A stretch of DNA of 64,000 nt from Patescibacteria group bacterium (GTDB taxonomy: Bacteria > Patescibacteriota > Microgenomatia > UBA1406): contig JBAYJK010000003.1 of the NCBI GenBank assembly GCA_041665145.1, positions 5,177 to 69,176 on the forward strand, in the 5' to 3' direction. Under the pieces are notes generated by a model. The model was not told where the DNA came from and made no database searches. It was given only the letters and a program-made list of their open reading frames with translations. Both the position numbers and the translations under genes were made by a program. This document shows, piece by piece, positions 60,806 through 64,000 of the stretch. How positions within the stretch are numbered: position 1 is the stretch's first letter; the number at the start of each line of letters is the position of its first letter.

Positions 60806-61579
60806 TTATAGTTTTTGGTTGATCTCGATGATGTTGCCTTCCGGGTCAGAGATATGAAAGGCTTTTATTCCCCACTCTTTGTATTCGGTTGTTTCCTTGA
60901 GGGGTGCTACATGCTTCTCACGGACGAAAAAGTTGTATGCTTTGTCGATGTCCTCAACGGAAAATACCAAAACATGTGATTGCGGTGAGACGGTACCTGT
61001 TGCCGATAGCTTTAACGATTCAAGCATTGCCCGAGCATCAAAAAGAGATATGAGTGTGTCACCTGTTTTTAATTCGGCATACTGATGTGTCTCGTCTTTA
61101 AAGCCTGCCTCAAATCCCATAATGGAAGTGTAGAACGTCAAACATTCGGCAAACTTAGTAACCAGTAAACGCTCGTGTGTAAATGACATTACCGGACGGG
61201 CAGCCTCTCCGCTCATAATAATGTGATCTGCCGCGCTCCATCCCGGTTCAGAATACACCCTTACCCACGTTTCCGTACCCATGGCGTAGTGGACTTCACC
61301 CGGCCTGATAATATCCACTTCACCTTCTTTCAGTACAGTGCTGCGCCCGTTCTTTACCAGTGTCAACGAGCCTTTGAGTACTTGGTAGATTTCAGCAGTT
61401 TTGTGATGAACGTGTGTTTCCGACTTGTCAATCACCGTAATGGCGATACTGTATTCCGGATGCGCAGATGCGGGTTCTGCTTCACAAAGAATCTCGGTAG
61501 GGTTCTTTTCATTGTTTACTATGATCTTTTTTCCGGGATACTGTTTTTCAAGCTCATTGGTTATTTTTTTTATATTCAT
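60806..61579 (-). CDS. Cupin domain - VOC (glyoxalase/bleomycin-resistance fold) fusion protein
   Basis: 257 aa. The N-terminal cupin region is HVHHKTAEIYQVLKG...GEVHYAM. The C-terminal VOC-like beta-alpha-beta repeats include FHISDPEGNIIEI. Confidence 0.55.
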   Translation of the reverse strand: MNIKKITNELEKQYPGKKIIVNNEKNPTEILCEAEPASAHPEYSIAITVIDKSETHVHHKTAEIYQVLKGSLTLVKNGRSTVLKEGEVDIIRPGEVHYAMGTETWVRVYSEPGWSAADHIIMSGEAARPVMSFTHERLLVTKFAECLTFYTSIMGFEAGFKDETHQYAELKTGDTLISLFDARAMLESLKLSATGTVSPQSHVLVFSVEDIDKAYNFFVREKHVAPLKETTEYKEWGIKAFHISDPEGNIIEINQKL

Positions 61580-62139
61580 GAGTGTATTTTATCATAAAAA
61601 CGCGCCCTGAGCTTTTGTAACTCTGCCGGGTTGTTCTTGATTTGTAACAGTTCATAGGAAAATTGGTTGTATCCGAATTCCTTCGCGGTTACTTTTGCGA
61701 CAAACTCATTAAAGGAGTATTGTCTGATTTCAATATTTTCGCCGGCGTCAAGGTGTGGCTCCTGAATTTTCCTGCAATTTTTGGCAATATAATAGTACAG
61801 TTCCCATTCCATTTTATGGAATGGTTCATGTACCGCAATTAAATCCCACTCTTCGCTGTACAGTCCGGATTCTTCGAGAAGTTCCCGTTTTGCGGCGCTG
61901 AGCGGTTGTTCACCTTCTTCCACTCTTCCTCCCAAGAAGCTGTCGTGCGCGGCAAAATTAGGTTGGCTTTCGAATGAAAGCCATATTTTGTCTCCAACGA
62001 CCGGAATGACTTGCACGGTATCCGGACGCTTGAGCATTTCAAAGGTCGCGGTTGAGCCATCATACATTGTCTGTTCCCACTGATACGTGTGGAAAATTTT
62101 TCCTTTAAAAACAAGTTGAGCTTGTGGTGGTATTTTCAT
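61576..62139 (-). CDS. NUDIX hydrolase (ADP-ribose pyrophosphatase-like)
   Basis: 187 aa. The NUDIX box is GGRVEEGEQPLSAAKRELLEESG. Confidence 0.8.
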   Translation of the reverse strand: MKIPPQAQLVFKGKIFHTYQWEQTMYDGSTATFEMLKRPDTVQVIPVVGDKIWLSFESQPNFAAHDSFLGGRVEEGEQPLSAAKRELLEESGLYSEEWDLIAVHEPFHKMEWELYYYIAKNCRKIQEPHLDAGENIEIRQYSFNEFVAKVTAKEFGYNQFSYELLQIKNNPAELQKLRARFYDKIHS

Positions 62140-62179
62140 GTACCCATTGTACTAAATAGATTTACGGTACACTAGATAC

Positions 62180-62974
62180 ATGAAAAGAGTTATTGCCGGC
62201 ATACTTATACTTGTCGGCACAATTTATTTTTTGTTCGTGTTGCTGGGCAGTTCTGTCAAGAATTTCTTTGATGAAGCAACTGTCGGTACCAATTTTCCGT
62301 CAGACAACACATCACAATCTGACATGAAAGACCCTACTCAAGCACAGAGTGTTATTGTCAACAATTCTGAATTCAGCTATTCATATATTATCTCCGAACC
62401 GTCACGGGTCAGTTTAGTTGAAAACAAATTACACGAGGACAGTCTTGAACTTGCTCAAAAAAATAATTGTACCCAGTTTACGAACGGAGGGTTCTATTCG
62501 ACAAGCATTGTCCCGCTTGGGTTGTTCATCGTTGATGATGTGGAAAAGTACCCCGTACATGAAAGCGAAACATTAAACGGATTCGTCTGGATTAAAATGA
62601 CAGGCGAAACGGGAATAACGCGTGCGCCTCCAAATGGGCGGCTCAGACTTGGTCTGCAAAGCGGACCGATTGTTTTTGAAAATGGGTTGCCTGTTCAGTT
62701 GTCCATTGCAACAGACTCGGATGAGCGCAGAGTGGTTGTCGGAGTAACCGAAGACAATCGGTTGGTTTTAATGACCGTCTATAATGGTCAATCCACCTAT
62801 CTCGGACCCCGGCTCGGTGATCTTCCCGATGTTTTAGCGGAAATATTTAAGAAAGAAGCTCTCTCGATAACCAACGTTTTGAATCTTGATGGCGGTACTG
62901 CATCGGTATTTAATGATACTACCGCATTTCTCGGCGAGTTCAAGACAGTCGGAAGCATTTTTTGTATCCGGTAA
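62180..62974 (+). CDS. Phosphodiester glycosidase family protein (DUF2233-like)
   Basis: 264 aa. It has an N-terminal TM anchor, FTNGGFY, and a C-terminal NLDGGTAS motif. Confidence 0.65.
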   Translation: MKRVIAGILILVGTIYFLFVLLGSSVKNFFDEATVGTNFPSDNTSQSDMKDPTQAQSVIVNNSEFSYSYIISEPSRVSLVENKLHEDSLELAQKNNCTQFTNGGFYSTSIVPLGLFIVDDVEKYPVHESETLNGFVWIKMTGETGITRAPPNGRLRLGLQSGPIVFENGLPVQLSIATDSDERRVVVGVTEDNRLVLMTVYNGQSTYLGPRLGDLPDVLAEIFKKEALSITNVLNLDGGTASVFNDTTAFLGEFKTVGSIFCIR

Positions 62975-63010
62975 AGCTGTTTTTTTACGTGTTCATAATT
63001 TTCCCGCGTG

Positions 63011-63016
63011 TATAAT
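63011..63016 (+). promoter_or_regulatory. -10 box (TATAAT) 6 nt upstream of the MgtE-like ATG
   Basis: TATAAT at 63011..63016 and ATG at 63023. Confidence 0.5.
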
Positions 63017-63022
63017 GAAAGT

Positions 63023-64000
63023 ATGCTGTACTTTTCTGAACTTAACGGGTTGCCTGTTTATACCTCTGACAACGTATGTATCGGAACATTGAAAGATATG
63101 ATTTTCGAACTTGATCAGACTCCCCGCATCAAGAAAATAGTTGTAGAGTACAAACATAAGACCTCCATTATCCATCTCAAGCTTGTACGGATTGCCGAAG
63201 GTAAGATTATCGTTAGTGCTCCCTACGAGAGCGCCGGCTACAGCGAAAACGAATTGTACGTCGGTAGTAATTTGTTGGACAAGCAGATAATTGATCTCGT
63301 CGGTAACAAGATGGTGCGGGTTAATGACGTCGTATTACTGGAAAGTTATAACACCGGCAGTTTTGACCTGTTTCTTATGGGTGTCGATATCGGAGTCCTC
63401 GGCATTATGCGGAGACTTCATCTGGAACGCCCCGTGCAGCAGATCATGTCTCTATTCTCCGTGAAACCTTCTTCACAGTTTCTTTCCTGGGCTGATATTC
63501 AGCCTCTGGAGTTATCAACGGGAGAAGTGAAACTCAAGAAAGTCGAAGGCAAACTGCGGAAAATGCGCCCCGAAGATTTAGCGGATTATCTGGAACGGAC
63601 CAACGAGATGACGGTACATCATGTTTTGAAGATGCTCGGAACTAAACAAGCAACGGATGTCGTTGAAAATCTGGACGTTTCGTACCAGAAAGATTTGTTT
63701 ACCCGCTGGGATTCAAAAGAAGCTTCCGAAATAATTGAGCACATGGATCCTGACGAAGCGGTTGACGTGTTGTCGATGATTCCGAAAGAAAAAGCACAAG
63801 AAGTCATCGGGCTGCTTTCTCTTCCGGTAAAAAAGAAGCTGCAACACTTGATACGGCTTTCGGTAACTCCCATCGGTGGTCTCGTTACCAACGACTTTAT
63901 AACCGCGGACTCACACGCAACCTCACGTGACGTGATAAACAAAATCAGGAAAGAGTCCATGCAGTTTTCGTGCCTGAATACCGTATACGTTTTAAACGAG
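63023..64000 (+). CDS. Partial CDS (326 codons, runs off the right edge): PRC-barrel plus MgtE N-terminal domain protein (magnesium transporter MgtE-like)
   Basis: Manual translation gives MLYFSELNGLPVYTSDNVCIGTLKDMIF... then EDLADYLE...MDPDEAVDVLSMIPKEKAQEVIGLL, which is the MgtE_N pattern. It stays open to position 64000 and is not in the ORF track. The antisense ORF 63619..63960 is a shadow. Confidence 0.7.
   Translation, partial: MLYFSELNGLPVYTSDNVCIGTLKDMIFELDQTPRIKKIVVEYKHKTSIIHLKLVRIAEGKIIVSAPYESAGYSENELYVGSNLLDKQIIDLVGNKMVRVNDVVLLESYNTGSFDLFLMGVDIGVLGIMRRLHLERPVQQIMSLFSVKPSSQFLSWADIQPLELSTGEVKLKKVEGKLRKMRPEDLADYLERTNEMTVHHVLKMLGTKQATDVVENLDVSYQKDLFTRWDSKEASEIIEHMDPDEAVDVLSMIPKEKAQEVIGLLSLPVKKKLQHLIRLSVTPIGGLVTNDFITADSHATSRDVINKIRKESMQFSCLNTVYVLNE

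Noticed and set aside
1-64000. The genome might use an alternative genetic code (UGA recoding, as in some candidate phyla).
   Set aside because: Long conserved genes are intact under the standard code. Several well-supported genes terminate at TGA (for example ruvB at 55980 and the four-helix-bundle gene at 31060). There is no pattern of in-frame TGA in conserved proteins.

Overview
This is a 64-kb window from a compact, low-GC bacterial genome that uses the standard genetic code (TGA, TAA and TAG all end long ORFs). The housekeeping proteins are very divergent, intergenic regions are tiny, and the gene content is rich in NUDIX and glycosyltransferase genes. Together these suggest a Patescibacteria/CPR-like organism, but that is inference only. 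All functional calls come from motif recognition by eye, with no similarity search.

Layout:
- 1-10.7 kb: envelope glycan locus with GT2, GT4 and CgeB-like glycosyltransferases, a C-methyltransferase, an acetyltransferase and large membrane proteins. This includes a 406-codon partial CDS at the left edge that is missing from the ORF track.
- 10.8-16.7 kb: pfkB-type kinase, ahcY, pyk, lepA.
- 17.3-24.4 kb: hypothetical genes including a paralogue pair, an ABC exporter, NUDIX, AlaX and a serine hydrolase.
- 24.5-30.4 kb: AT-rich accessory island, the best candidate for a new system. It encodes a DUF3800-like protein, a MazG-like protein, a PD-(D/E)xK/DUF2075 helicase, a Ser/Thr kinase fused to a TGT/DpdA-like domain, and a second PD-(D/E)xK protein.
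- 30.5-43.2 kb: Mur ligase, folD, gyrA, ppa, gyrB, ABC exporter, histidine phosphatase.
- 43.2-45.6 kb: an odd tRNA locus followed by an OLD/PARIS-like ATPase-Toprim nuclease.
- 46.3-53.0 kb: surface protein, two-component system, and a NOX-like ferric-reductase/flavoprotein with two cytochrome-b5-like proteins.
- 53.1-64 kb: rarA, NUDIX, tRNA-Pro, tRNA-Leu, ruvBAC, sigma factor, MgtE-like partial CDS.

Genome-wide oddities:
- A family of phased 8-nt GTCTRAWT/AWTYAGAC palindromic arrays occurs at 10 loci, two of them in-frame inside genes.
- TATAAT boxes sit 5-9 nt upstream of many start codons, implying leaderless mRNAs.
- mRNAs abut tRNA 3' ends.
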